Notes: generated by a model from the letters alone, not told the origin. DNA of 64,000 bases from an uncultured delta proteobacterium (GCA_963792965.1 CAWBYW010000016.1:96001-160000); one strand, 5' to 3'. Shown: positions 53,101-63,835, counted from the first letter of the stretch. Program-made: numbers and translations.

Positions 53101-53724
53101 TCAGTTGGTCGCCGGGACCACGTTGAAGGCCACGGAGGTGTAGTATTCATTGTCAAAATAGATGTCCCAGCGCCACTGACCCGTGGGGTCACCCGAGGGA
53201 TTAAACCCCCAGTAGCTGGTAAAGATGTCGCTGTCCGGCGTCAGCGTGGTGCTATAGACGGCGCGGTTCTCCGCCGGGTAGGTTTTATAGCTTCCCTCGC
53301 TCCCCTCCCAGAGGGTCCAGTTCTGGGGCGCATAGGGGAAAAACTCCTCTTCACGGTAGGAAACCGGATGTCCGCTGTTGCTTTTGTATTTGAATGAGAT
53401 GCCGAAATAGGTGCTCGGGATGTACGGTATGGTAGTCGCGTCCTCATACACGTAGAGATTTCCCGAGCCGTCGTCCTTCATCTTGCCCATCCTGAATTCA
53501 GTGATGACACACGTCGTGAGGGCTTGCGGGGGCGACATCCCGGGCCCGACCACGCTCGGCACTCCGGGCTGGGACGGCGCGCCATACGGCTGCGGGCCCG
53601 CGGGCCCCGCCTGTCCGGGTCCCCCGGCTCCTATCCCGAGCATCTGTTTGATCCTGTCGCATCCCGTCCCCGCGAAGGCCAGCGCAAGCACAAGGAGGGA
53701 CAAAATAATCAGGTTCTTTCTCAT
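53101..53724 (-). CDS. Lipoprotein with Pro/Gly linker and beta-sandwich domain (DUF3859-like)
   Basis: Lipobox AGTGC, PG-rich linker, FGISF...GQWRWDIY...FNV. Confidence 0.75.
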   Translation of the reverse strand: MRKNLIILSLLVLALAFAGTGCDRIKQMLGIGAGGPGQAGPAGPQPYGAPSQPGVPSVVGPGMSPPQALTTCVITEFRMGKMKDDGSGNLYVYEDATTIPYIPSTYFGISFKYKSNSGHPVSYREEEFFPYAPQNWTLWEGSEGSYKTYPAENRAVYSTTLTPDSDIFTSYWGFNPSGDPTGQWRWDIYFDNEYYTSVAFNVVPATN

Positions 53725-53778
53725 ATCGTGCTCCTTTATCTATAGTCTATCATAGGCCGAAAAGTAGATGTTTTTCGT

Positions 53779-53807
53779 ATAGTAATGAAATCGGGGTCCC
53801 CTGTCAA
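53779..53807 (-). promoter_or_regulatory. sigma70 promoter for the lipoprotein
   Basis: TTGACA-17 nt-TACTAT on the minus strand. Confidence 0.7.
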
Positions 53808-53856
53808 GGGGGGAAAGACCCGACCCACCGTTTTGACGGACGACACCGGACCCGAT

Positions 53857-54504
53857 TCAGGGCAACCGTTCCCCCCGCGTGGACGCCCGGCCCTGCCCCC
53901 CGATAACCTTTACCGCCTCCTCATAGGCCAGCACATACCCCCACCGATTTTTCTCCCTGTCCGTCCGCTCCGAAAGGAGCGCGTCGATCTCGCCGGTGTT
54001 CCGGGTGACGGGCTTGGGTCCCGAAAGGCCCTTTTTCAACGCGTCGATCTCGCCGGCATAGTAGACCGCGAGTCCCTCCGAAAACCAGAGCGGCACGTGG
54101 GTGCCGAAACGAAGCCGGAGAAGCGCGAGACACACCTCATGGGCGACGGTCGACTTCAACACCCCGCGCTCTTTCAGGACGTTCACCGGCTGCAGGTAGA
54201 TCGATCCGTCGATCATCGCCGAGGCCGACCAGAACGGCAGCCTCGTCTGGGCCGTGAAATCTCCGGTCTCCTTGAAGATCACCACGTCGATGGGACGGCC
54301 CGCGCCGCTCCCAACCCTCGTTTCCATCGCGGTGTATGCCGATTCGAGGGCGTCCTTTACCTCCGAGAGCTCGCCGGCCCGAAGGGTCTCGGCGAAATAG
54401 ATATTGAAATGCCGTGTCTGGGTCTGGGCAAAGTCAAGGGCGCCTGCCTCTCGGCTGATGACGAGAAGAAGGCACGAGATCAGAAATAGGAACGGTCTTC
54501 TCAA
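53857..54504 (-). CDS. Exported peptidase MA-like protein with degenerate zinc motif
   Basis: Signal peptide; TVAHEVCLA (HExxH with the second His replaced by Leu) and PLWFSEGLAVY. Confidence 0.75.
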   Translation of the reverse strand: MRRPFLFLISCLLLVISREAGALDFAQTQTRHFNIYFAETLRAGELSEVKDALESAYTAMETRVGSGAGRPIDVVIFKETGDFTAQTRLPFWSASAMIDGSIYLQPVNVLKERGVLKSTVAHEVCLALLRLRFGTHVPLWFSEGLAVYYAGEIDALKKGLSGPKPVTRNTGEIDALLSERTDREKNRWGYVLAYEEAVKVIGGQGRASTRGERLP

Positions 54505-55529
54505 TCCGTATGCACGCCTCCGAAATAGACGCGGAAAACCTCCCGGGCCACCGGCGCGGCATCCTCACCCCCCCGGCCGTGGTAGAGGAAGACGACCACG
54601 GCGATCTCGGGGTTCTCGGCGGGGGCAAAACCCAAGAACCAGGCGTGAGTCGCCCAGCTGGAGCCGAGGAACTCGCCGGTGCCGGTTTTGCCCATAATCT
54701 CGTGCCCGTCCGGCGTCCCCTTGACGGCGGTTCCGTACGCCGCCGCATCGCGCATTCCCTCGGCGAGGATCGGCGCCGCGCGGGAAACCTCTACCTTCCT
54801 GTTGAGTCTCGGCGAAAATGAACCGATATCGTCTGCGGTGGGGGTCACGCGGGGAACCCAGATACTGCCCCCGTTCACGAGGGCCGAAAGATTCACGATC
54901 ACCTGAAGGGGCGTCGCCGTGACGTTGTCGGTGTCTCCGATGACATACTCACGGGCAAACGCCGGCTCGGGGGGGATGAGCCTTCCCGCCTCCTCCTGTG
55001 GAAGGTTGACCCCGGTCTTTTCTCCAAACCCGAGCTCGGAAAGCCCCCGGTAGGTGGTGTCGGCGCCCAGCGTCTCGGCAAGGGAAAGGAAATAGAGATT
55101 ACACGAGTAGGCGATCCCGCGGACAAGGTTGAGATCACCGTGTCCGGGGGGGTACCAGCAATCGTATTTCGTTCCCGATATAACGGCACTCCCGGTACAC
55201 CTGAAGCGAGCGTCGGGAGAGATACGCTTCTCTTCGATCCCTTTCCAGACGCTCACAAGCTTGACGAGCGAGCCGGGGGGAAAGGCCCAGCGTGTCGCCA
55301 TGTCGGGCCCCACCATCGCTCTGATGCGTCCCGTCTTCACGTCCATGACGACGACCGCCCCGGTCCGGCCCGCCAGGGCGTCGGATGCCGCGCTTTCGAG
55401 GAGGGCGTCGCCTTTCAACACCTGTTCCGGGCCCGGCCTGCAACCCGAGGCGAAGAGAAATAAAAGGGCGACCCCCCCGATGAGGGGTCGCCGAAAGAGT
55501 AAACGAATCCGCCGCCGGATCCCCGTCAT
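54501..55529 (-). CDS. Penicillin-binding transpeptidase-domain lipoprotein
   Basis: Lipobox ASGC; SxxK (PGSLVK), SxN (YSCN), KTG (GKTGT), AWFLGFAP. Confidence 0.9.
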   Translation of the reverse strand: MTGIRRRIRLLFRRPLIGGVALLFLFASGCRPGPEQVLKGDALLESAASDALAGRTGAVVVMDVKTGRIRAMVGPDMATRWAFPPGSLVKLVSVWKGIEEKRISPDARFRCTGSAVISGTKYDCWYPPGHGDLNLVRGIAYSCNLYFLSLAETLGADTTYRGLSELGFGEKTGVNLPQEEAGRLIPPEPAFAREYVIGDTDNVTATPLQVIVNLSALVNGGSIWVPRVTPTADDIGSFSPRLNRKVEVSRAAPILAEGMRDAAAYGTAVKGTPDGHEIMGKTGTGEFLGSSWATHAWFLGFAPAENPEIAVVVFLYHGRGGEDAAPVAREVFRVYFGGVHTD

Positions 55530-58500
55530 TTCCCCTCGGTGATGACAAGGCTTGAGCTTCCCGTCCTTCCGAAGCGGTCCGGGAAGTACATCAGGTACGC
55601 CTCGGCCGGCATGACACCGTAGGTCCCCGGGTTTTGGGCGCGGAGGATATACTTGAAGACATAGGTCCCCACGTCGACGTAGTCCATCGATAGAGCGATC
55701 CGCTCATCCCGGAATTCCCTTCCGGCAAACCACCAGTCCGCATCGCCGGTATAGAGATCGTCCCCGGAGATGACATAGTTTTTATCGTCGCTGATGGCCT
55801 CATAGCCCGCCGGGTAGTAGTCCTCCAGCAGGAAGTATTGGGCCTTCTTGTCGGTCGTGACCGAAAGCTCCACGAGGATCTCGTCCCCGCTACTGACCGG
55901 GCCGCTGAGCGGCACCTTCGCGTAGATGAGCTCTCCCTTCTTGGGCACCTTCTTGAGGAGGTAGTACTTTCTGCTCACGGCAAATCCGGCGTTCAGCGGG
56001 GCTATCGAGGGGGCCGCGCTGTAGTGCGTGAAGGTCGAGGAATAGTAGAGGCTACCCGGCCCGTCCTTCTTGATGACGATCGTATTGGGGCCGGTCTTGA
56101 GATCCCCTTCCTTGACGGTAATCGTTCCCCCCTCGGTGAGCATCGTCTCCTTGGTGATGTGGCTCTTCTTGAGCTGTTTGCCGTTGAGGGTAAGCGTCAT
56201 GGTGTAGTTCGGCTTGATCTCCCCGGTCCGGGTGATGTAGTCCGTCAGGGCATAGATGATCTTCCCCGTGGCCTTGGTGGAGCGCCAGTAGCTTCCGGTC
56301 CGGTTGATGATAAGCCAGCGGATCGTCTTGGGGATGAGGGGATTATTGACGTCGCGCATGGCCATCACCCGCAAAACGTACGCGGTGGTCTCCAGGGGAT
56401 CGGCCTCCCAGTCCCACCAATAGAAGTCCTCTCCGACGTAACCCCAGTGAACATAGCCGTTCTCCTGGATCTTTTCCTTCATGAGCAGGTCATACAGGAC
56501 GTTGGCCTTCTCCCGGATCCCCTCGTTCTCGTAGGCCAACAGCAGCATCGCCTGAGAAATGGGGGTGAGCTTGTCGCGCTTCTCGAACATCTCGTCGAGC
56601 CACGCGGTCTTGAGCTTGTCCGTGTAGGACAAGACGTAGAGGGCGTAGACCTTGACGGAGTCCTGATCGATCTTGCTCAGCTGAGAGATGAGGGACGCGG
56701 TGCCGCGCTTGATGACGCCCTCGTCCACGGTGATGGGAATGCCTGCCTCGGGAAGGAGGCGTTTCGCTTCGAGGAGCCCGTACAACACGTAGGCGGTCAT
56801 GTAGGGATCGGTCTCGTCGAACTCGTACCACCCCCAGCCGTTATCGTCGTGCTGCCGTTTGTAGAGCACCATGAGCCCGCTCTTGATGTAGGCGGGGAGG
56901 TCCTTCTCTACGCTCTTATCGGAAAGGTCAAGCTTCTTTAATACCGACGCGACCATGACTGATGGCAAGAACCTTGCCATTACCTGCTCGTTTCACCCAT
57001 AGGGGTAGCCGACGAGGAATGGTATAGCGGCAAGCATTGTGTTGACGAGCGATGGACTGGTGGTAATGGTGAGCTCAGCAGCGTTCTTTATCGTGTTGGC
57101 GGGCTTGTTGACCGTCACCGTGAGCGTCCCGGAGTCCTTGATGATCTCTCCCATATCGTTCTTTGTCTCTTTGATGCCGAGCGGGAGGATCGGCACCTTT
57201 ATCTCCATTCCGTCGGAGACCTCGTTGGTCATCGCCTTTGCCGTGAGAACGGCACTTCCCACGAGGTCCGCCCTGACGTGCCAGTCGACGCGCTTCTCTC
57301 CGTTTTTCGGGACGATTGCATCGACCGGAACGCCGGAAGCGAGCGTCAATCCCTTTGCGTCGAACGTGAAGTGCACCTTCTTGTCGGTCGACAGGTAATT
57401 ATGGGCGATGGTGGAGATTACGAGGTCGTCCCCCTGGCGCAGAAATCGCGGCGCCTCTATGCGGACGAGTAAGTCCTTGCGCTCGATGACCCGGTAGGTA
57501 GTCTCCCCCATGCTGTCGCCCGTGGTCACCCCCCGGACCGTCGCACGCCAACGCGTCAGGTTGTCCGGGAAGGTGACGGTGACCGTGGCCATACCCTTTG
57601 CGTTGGTCGTGATCGTGGGCGACCAGTACATCGTGTCCTTGAAGTCCTTTCGGATCAGCGGTTGAACGAGCGTGTCTCCCTTGAAGTCGGCAAGCTTCGT
57701 CTCTTTTTCCGGAAGTCCCGCCAGGAGTCCTTTCCGGTGAGAGTATCCGTAAAAGCGGAAGTAGAGGGATGACGACGTGTCCACGGAATGATAGCGCAGC
57801 GAGTAGAAATACTTCTGGATTTCGTCGACAAGCTCCGGTGAGATGGCGTAGATGGCGTCGTCCACGACGCCGAGCGACACCTCTGCCGACACGGGTTTGC
57901 CTGTGCTGTCCGTCGTCTTTATCGTAAAGGTGCCCTTTTCTTGCGGCTCGTACGTCGCCTTATTGGAGGTCACCTCGACGTTGATGAACTTTTCGGTCGG
58001 TGGGATGATGATGTTCTTGCTGTCCGAATAGAGCTCATCGTTGAAGATCGCGGCAACCGAGAGGTAGATGTTGGGGGTGTATCTCTCCTTTATGGGGAGA
58101 TCCAGCATCGCCGTGCCACCCGTGGCTTTGATGACTCGGCTATCAAGGATCGAGTCTCCCTCGGTGGTAATCAACAGATAGGTATCCTTCACCGGCGCGG
58201 CGATCAGGATGTGGGCGGTATCGCCCACCGCGTAGGTATCCTTGTCGGGGATAATCGTGACGCCGCCCTCCGACGTCCCGCCGTAGGCATACCCCTCCGT
58301 AAAGGAATACGATGAGTCCTTGGCCGTGGTGGAGTTGCCCGCGTTATCGAAGACCGTGGCGATGAAATTGACGTCGCCCACGTTTTTCACCGTATATTCG
58401 ATGACGGCGTCCCCACCGGAGTTCGTCCTTCCCGAAAGGGTGGCCGAGCTCGTGACCTTGCCCCCCTGCCAGTCGGTCTCCGTGACGATGAGCGTCACCG

Positions 58501-60166
58501 GCACATTCGCCACACCCTTGTTGTCAAAGTCGGAGACGTTGACCGTGATCCGCGCCTTATCCCCCGGCGCGTAGACCCAGCGGTCGGGACGTAGCGAAAC
58601 GGTGTAGTTTGACCGAACGACCTTGACGACGCTGCTGGTGGTAACCACCCGGCGCGAGAGATCGGTAACGTTGGCCTCGATGGTGAAGGTATAGTCGTTG
58701 TCGGGCGACTCAAGGTATTGCGACGTGTCTACCGTGAGCCTGAGCTTCCCGGCGTTGTCGAGCATAGCCGTGCCACTGTCCACCATGACCTTCTCGGTGG
58801 CGGTCCAGTAGTCTTCGTCCATGAAGTACCAGCCCCAGTCGTACCCCCACCACCAGGGGCGCTCGTAGACCGACCGGTAGACCGTATAGTCCACCTTGGC
58901 CTCCGTTACGGGGCTGCCGAAGTAGTAGCCCGCCTCGATATCGGCCGTGATCGTGTCGCCCCGGATGTAGACGTTCTTATCCGTCCTGATCTTGACCTCG
59001 TATTCGGGCTTCTTGTACTCCTCCACCTTGAAGCTGTTGTAGTAGTTCTGTCCATTCAGTCCCACGACGATCTGATATTCGCCGAGCGAGGGCTCCTCTC
59101 CGAGGGTGAAGTCCCCCGAGAGGCTCCCGTACTTATTAATCTTATAGTTGTTCCGGAAGACCTCGTCGCCCTTGGCGTCGTCGATGATGACCAGGTAGTC
59201 GTCGCCGGTGTCGGGAACCTTCAGCCCCGAGTCGGTGGCGTTTCTCAGGATCGAGCGAAAATGCACCGTGTCGCCGGGACGGTAGACGGGTCGGTCGGTG
59301 TAGGTGTAGACCTTGTCGCTTGCTTCCCCTTCCCCGTAGGCATAGGGGTCGGCCAGGGTGAAGTTCTCGCCGTCCTGGGCGAAGACATAGATGACGTCAC
59401 TCTCGGTCGCTTTCACCTTGGAGTAGTAGATCCCGTCGGAGTCCGTCTTCCCCTTGAAGAGGAGTTTTTTCTGGTTGTCGTAGACCGATACCTTAACGCC
59501 TTTCATCGGTTTGCCGGTTACCCGGTCGGCCACGTAGATAAGGCTGTCGGTGCTCGAGTTCTTCACGACAAACGACATGGGGGTAACGACGACCATCGTA
59601 TAGGCCACCGAATCCTCAAAGACCGCCTCGACGAGGTAGCACCCCGGTTTCGGGACTTTGACGTCTATGTTGTGGTACTCCCACTGTCCACTGCCCGAGA
59701 TGACCAACTTCTCCTGCCAGCGGTTGAGGAGCTTGAACTGGGTCAGGATCGGGAAGAGCTCGTAGGTCTGTGGCGCGGGTGAGACGGGCTCCTGGGCGTG
59801 CGGCAGGCCGAGTGCCGAGACGACATCGTCTCGGATGTTGTCGGAGAGTTTTGAGCGATAGTCGTCCCGGAAGAGTTCTACCCCCTTCCGTTTGATCGCC
59901 CCAACCATCTCGGCGGGGGCCGATGTCCCCCGTTTCGTCGTCACCACCGGCGAGTGGACGTCATCGAGCCCGAGGAAGTACGATTTCGGATCGTCTACCC
60001 GGTAGAGCCGGATATCGAGGGACGGGACATCCATGGAGGAAACGGTGACGGTGACGGGCTCCCCCGGAGCGAAGATCTTGTCCGTGGAGAGCTCAAAGGA
60101 GCCTGCGAGCGTCACGGCCGGCAGTGTTAAGAGCAATACGATCGAAAGAATAAGGGACTTTTTCAT
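55526..60166 (-). CDS. Alpha-2-macroglobulin, 1546 aa, with in-frame UGA (putative Sec1058) in the thioester motif
   Basis: Signal peptide; YTDRPVYRPG, EEYKKPEY, SLGVVDDA, RKDFKDT.YW, PDNLTRW, YPYG-TGA-NEQ, QHDDNGWGW, YWRSTKAT. ORFs 56993-60178 and 55526-56980 are in the same frame, separated only by TGA AAC GAG CAG GTA. Confidence 0.9.
56962..56980 (-). promoter_or_regulatory. Putative bacterial SECIS hairpin
   Basis: mRNA UGA-AACGAGCAGGUA-AUGGCAAG-GUU-CUUGCCAU: a perfect 8-bp stem begins 12 nt after UGA; its apical AGGUUCU resembles the E. coli fdhF SECIS loop AGGUCU. Confidence 0.72.
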
Positions 60167-60409
60167 AGTTTCCCTCAAAGAATGGAGTATATCGTTGTTT
60201 GGTCTGTCACCGTGAGAGTGCGCGGCGACCGCGGCAATCCCCGGCTGTCGTTACCGATACGGAGGTAATAAGGATCCTTCCTCGAGAATCAGGGCTCGCC
60301 TCGTTGTGCCACATCGCCTGGCCTCCCACGATTCGGGCAGGAACGTTCCCCTGCAATGACCGAGAAGAGCTCCCACGATACTTTGGACCTCAAAAGCACC
60401 TATAAAGCT

Positions 60410-61507
60410 TTAGTTCAGTATCTTGAACCGATAATAACCCAAAAAATGGTCGTTCTCTCTTACCGGCCGCCAGCGCTCGTCCGGATGCACTTTGAGCGTG
60501 GCGAGCCTGACCTTCCTCACGTCCCCGTTATCGTGGGAGCGCGGGCCGGTGTGATAGACGAGCCAATCTTCGTTTACGTCCGAATCGCTCTCCTTTCCCC
60601 ACTCGCCGAGGTAGATCATCATATGGGAGGGCATCCGGGGGTTTTCCGGGTTGAAGAAAAAGAGGAGATCACCGGGAAGAATACCCTTCTCGGTTCGCCC
60701 GAGGAACACGACGTTGTACTGAAGCAGCGCCTCGGCCGATGCCGCCGCAGAAAAGTTGACGCCGATATCGGAAGGGACAAACGGCCCCGGCGCCGTCCGA
60801 AAGACATCGACTCCCAGCAGCGGCACGTGGGGATAGGTGTACTTCTTCACGTCGGGATTTGCGGGGCTGACCAGCGTCGCGTAGGAGGAAAAGAAAGCGT
60901 CGTCGTGGCGCTTGAGCGCCTCGACATAGGCAAAACGCACAAGCCCCGCACAGTCCCGGTTGATCTGGTCCCAGTGGCGGTTCTTCTCGTAGACTTGAGA
61001 TTCCGCGATGGCGCAGAGCCACCGCCGGAAGTTGAGGCGGTCTGTGTCGCCGAAGAGCTCCACCACATCGGGAAACCCGTCCCCGTCCCGGTCACGCATG
61101 TCGGGGATAACATTCACCTGTGCCCGGGCAGGCGCCACCCCCGGAGACTCGGCCCGGATCGTGAGGTCACCCGTCTCGAAGGTCGAGATGAGCGTGAGGG
61201 AGGCCGTTCCGCGGACAAACGCGAGCGGTCCTGTTTCCACCCTTGTCGTCGCCGGGCCGACAAGCGTCACCGTAAGGGGTGCGCCGCAGCCGCGCGCAAC
61301 ATTCCCCCTGTCGGTCTTTGCAAGGATCGTGATCTCCACGGTATCTTCCTTGTTGGCCCAGAGCGTCTGCTTTGACACGGCGATCTCGATGCTTTTGGCC
61401 TTTGCGCACGACGTGATCAAACAGGCCAACAGGAGCGTCGAAAGGATCGCCGCTCCGCCTTTAATCCAGGTCCTTGACCCTGATCTTAAACCCGCCTTGA
61501 ATTGCAT
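60410..61507 (-). CDS. DUF1175 (YfaT-like) lipoprotein with N-terminal Ig-like domain
   Basis: Lipobox LITSC, Ig-like region, DRDGDGFPD, FRRW..IAE.Q, RDCAGLVRFAY, PGDLLFF, HMMIY, YHTG, W.P...N.HFLG.YR; exact start uncertain. Confidence 0.85.
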   Translation of the reverse strand: MQFKAGLRSGSRTWIKGGAAILSTLLLACLITSCAKAKSIEIAVSKQTLWANKEDTVEITILAKTDRGNVARGCGAPLTVTLVGPATTRVETGPLAFVRGTASLTLISTFETGDLTIRAESPGVAPARAQVNVIPDMRDRDGDGFPDVVELFGDTDRLNFRRWLCAIAESQVYEKNRHWDQINRDCAGLVRFAYVEALKRHDDAFFSSYATLVSPANPDVKKYTYPHVPLLGVDVFRTAPGPFVPSDIGVNFSAAASAEALLQYNVVFLGRTEKGILPGDLLFFFNPENPRMPSHMMIYLGEWGKESDSDVNEDWLVYHTGPRSHDNGDVRKVRLATLKVHPDERWRPVRENDHFLGYYRFKILN

Positions 61508-63204
61508 CACCGCTGAAGTTGACCCCCCCGTAGCATGAGACAAAAGATCTTCTGGTCAGTTCCACGAGCGGCACGAGCCGCTTTTCCGAATCCTGGTAGA
61601 GAAAGTATTTATAGTTTGCCGAGATGTTGACGAGATAACCCTCGATCAACGACATGGCGTTGTTCCCGTCTACGTAGAGATAGAGGTCGTAGGCGTCTTT
61701 CGGCATGTCTTTTTGCGCCGAGATGAACGCGGGCGACTTCACGAGAAAATCGCGGTCAAAAAGGCCGCCCGCCCCCGTCATCGAGGAAATAACAGAGAGG
61801 TCGTTGAGCTGCTCCATCGTCGAAAGGTCCCAGAAGAGGAAGAGCCTGTCATCCTTGAGCGCAAAACCAGGATTAGGCTTGACGGAGGCGACGTACGACG
61901 TCCCGTTCCAATCGAGGCTCTTTTCCCTGAACTGGCCCATATAGGAGATGTGAGCGGCGTCAAGCTCGAGGGGAGACGGGCCCGCATCTGAAGAATGAAT
62001 AGCTGTAGAGCTTGCCGATATTGGTGGAAAGGGCCTCTTCTTTGCCCGGTGCCACCCCAACGGAGGCGATCGTCCTGAGGTACGGTTTTTCTCCCTCATA
62101 CCCGATCCCGACGAGGGCCGCCAGCGCCCCCCTGCCGAGGTTGTTGATGATTCCACCCTCCAGGTCGAATCCGCCCTTGTCCTTCCATTTTTTCAGGATC
62201 GAGATGTAGTTTACCTTTTGGGCGATGTCGGTAAACCAGACCTTCCCGAAATGGGTATAAAGGATGCCGGGGTCGAAGGCCCGAAACGCCACGAGCGCCG
62301 CCGTCTCGCCGGGCATCGCCGATAGGTCTATTGTCGCCTTATCGGAGAGCGACCCCAGCCCCGCCAGGAGGCTTTTCCCCTCGCCCCCGGTGTAGGGGGC
62401 AAAGAGCGTGATATCCGCGCCGGCCTCGGAAAAGGTGACCGAGAAAAGGAGCGCGTCCGTCCCCTTGAGAAGCCGTCTGGCATGGGCGACGATGCCCATC
62501 TCGGAGTCATCGGGGCTCATCGCCTTCGTTGAATAGAAAAGGATATGGTAGTCCTTTGGCAGGTGGGAGAGCCGATCCATGACGGCGGGGTTTCCGGAGA
62601 GGTTCTTTGGGTTTTGCCCCGTAACGATGTCCCACTCGGATTTGAAGAGATCGGGGGAGTCGGAGACGATCGTATAGCCTTTGACGTTCTTGTAATAGAT
62701 CTTCTTGTCTGTGCTCGCGACAACCCAGACGGAATAGGAGCCCCAGTTTTCCTTCGTCACGTGGCTCGAAAAGATCGAAAAGAGGTTGATGAGAAAACCC
62801 TTAAACCAGCCCGTCTCAAGCAGCGCCGCCGAGGCCTCCTTTCCCTCGAGGGTCGTCCGATAGAAGACGGCCCGCGCACCTATGACCCACAGGAAGCGTT
62901 TCAGGGTCGGGCGAATCCCGGTCATCTTCTCGATAGTCCCGAGCCTGGAGAGCATCGGGGCCGAGAGGTCGCTCTTGATCGGGCCCTCAAAGAGCGAAAG
63001 ATCGCCGACTTCATCAAAATAATCGCTTGAGAGCAACGGCCTCAATCCTGCCCTGAGGTCCCTGAGGTAGACGAAGGAGTCTACGTTCTCCGGGATGATC
63101 TGATAGAGCTCGTAGGCGTCTCCGGCCACGGCACTAAGGGCCCCAAGCGAAAGGGCCGCGATAACGACCGCGCCGATCAGACATGCCCTGATCTTAGATC
63201 TCAT
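61461..63204 (-). CDS. Exported hypothetical protein (positionally YfaA/DUF2138-like); frameshift near 61985
   Basis: Signal peptide MRSKIRACLIGAVVIAALSLGALSAVA; ORFs 61960-63246 and 61461-62156 join; sits just upstream of the DUF1175 and A2M genes. Confidence 0.65.
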
Positions 63205-63223
63205 GAATCCCTCCTTTTCTCCG

Positions 63224-63817
63224 CTATCGGCCGATGGGGCCCGCAAATGACTCGGGATCGGCCCCCGCCCGGAGGATCGTATTGTAGTACCTCAGCGTGA
63301 CGATGTGAATCACCCGCTCGCGCATAGTATCGGGGGTCGCCTTCATGAGAGCGGGGAGGTCCTTGTAGAAATCCTTCAGCGACTCGTTCACGTCGCTCTT
63401 CATCTCGGGCGTCGGCGCGCCGGCACGACCGAGGCCCGGAGGTTCTTGTATTCGTCCCACTCGGCGTCAAGGATGACGTCCAGCGCGTCTCCCACGGCAC
63501 CTGTGTCCGTCCCGCCGGGCTGGCTGTAGTCCGTACCCGACGGCGTCTCGGAGACCGTGGGAGGCACAAGCATCCTGGTCCCGGGCGGCGGCGATCATCT
63601 CCCACTCGTGGCGAGGGACGTCCGGATCTCGCTTTTGCGGCTTGGGATAGCCCGCCTTGATCTGATCGATCGCAAGGGTAACGTCGGCAAAGACCCCCCC
63701 GACCTTCGGACCCTTCTCTCCGGGCGCGGGCGCCTTTTTTTCGCAGGCCCACGAGAAGATCAAGAGAAACGAGAGGAGCCCAAGAATCGGCCAGAGCAGT
63801 CCCGGTCGGGCGCTCAG
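63224..63817 (-). CDS. Hypothetical lipoprotein, two frameshifts, start uncertain
   Basis: Hydrophobic leader with FSWAC lipobox; fragments rejoin as ...DVILDAEWDEYKNLR...MKSDVNESLKDFY...PIGR*. Confidence 0.55.
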
Positions 63818-63835
63818 TCCGTCCCGCCGTTTCCG

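Noticed and set aside
56981-56995. A2M as a simple pseudogene or frameshift casualty
   Set aside because: No frame change, the stop falls exactly on the CxEQ Cys, and a SECIS-like hairpin follows; recoding fits better, pending read check.
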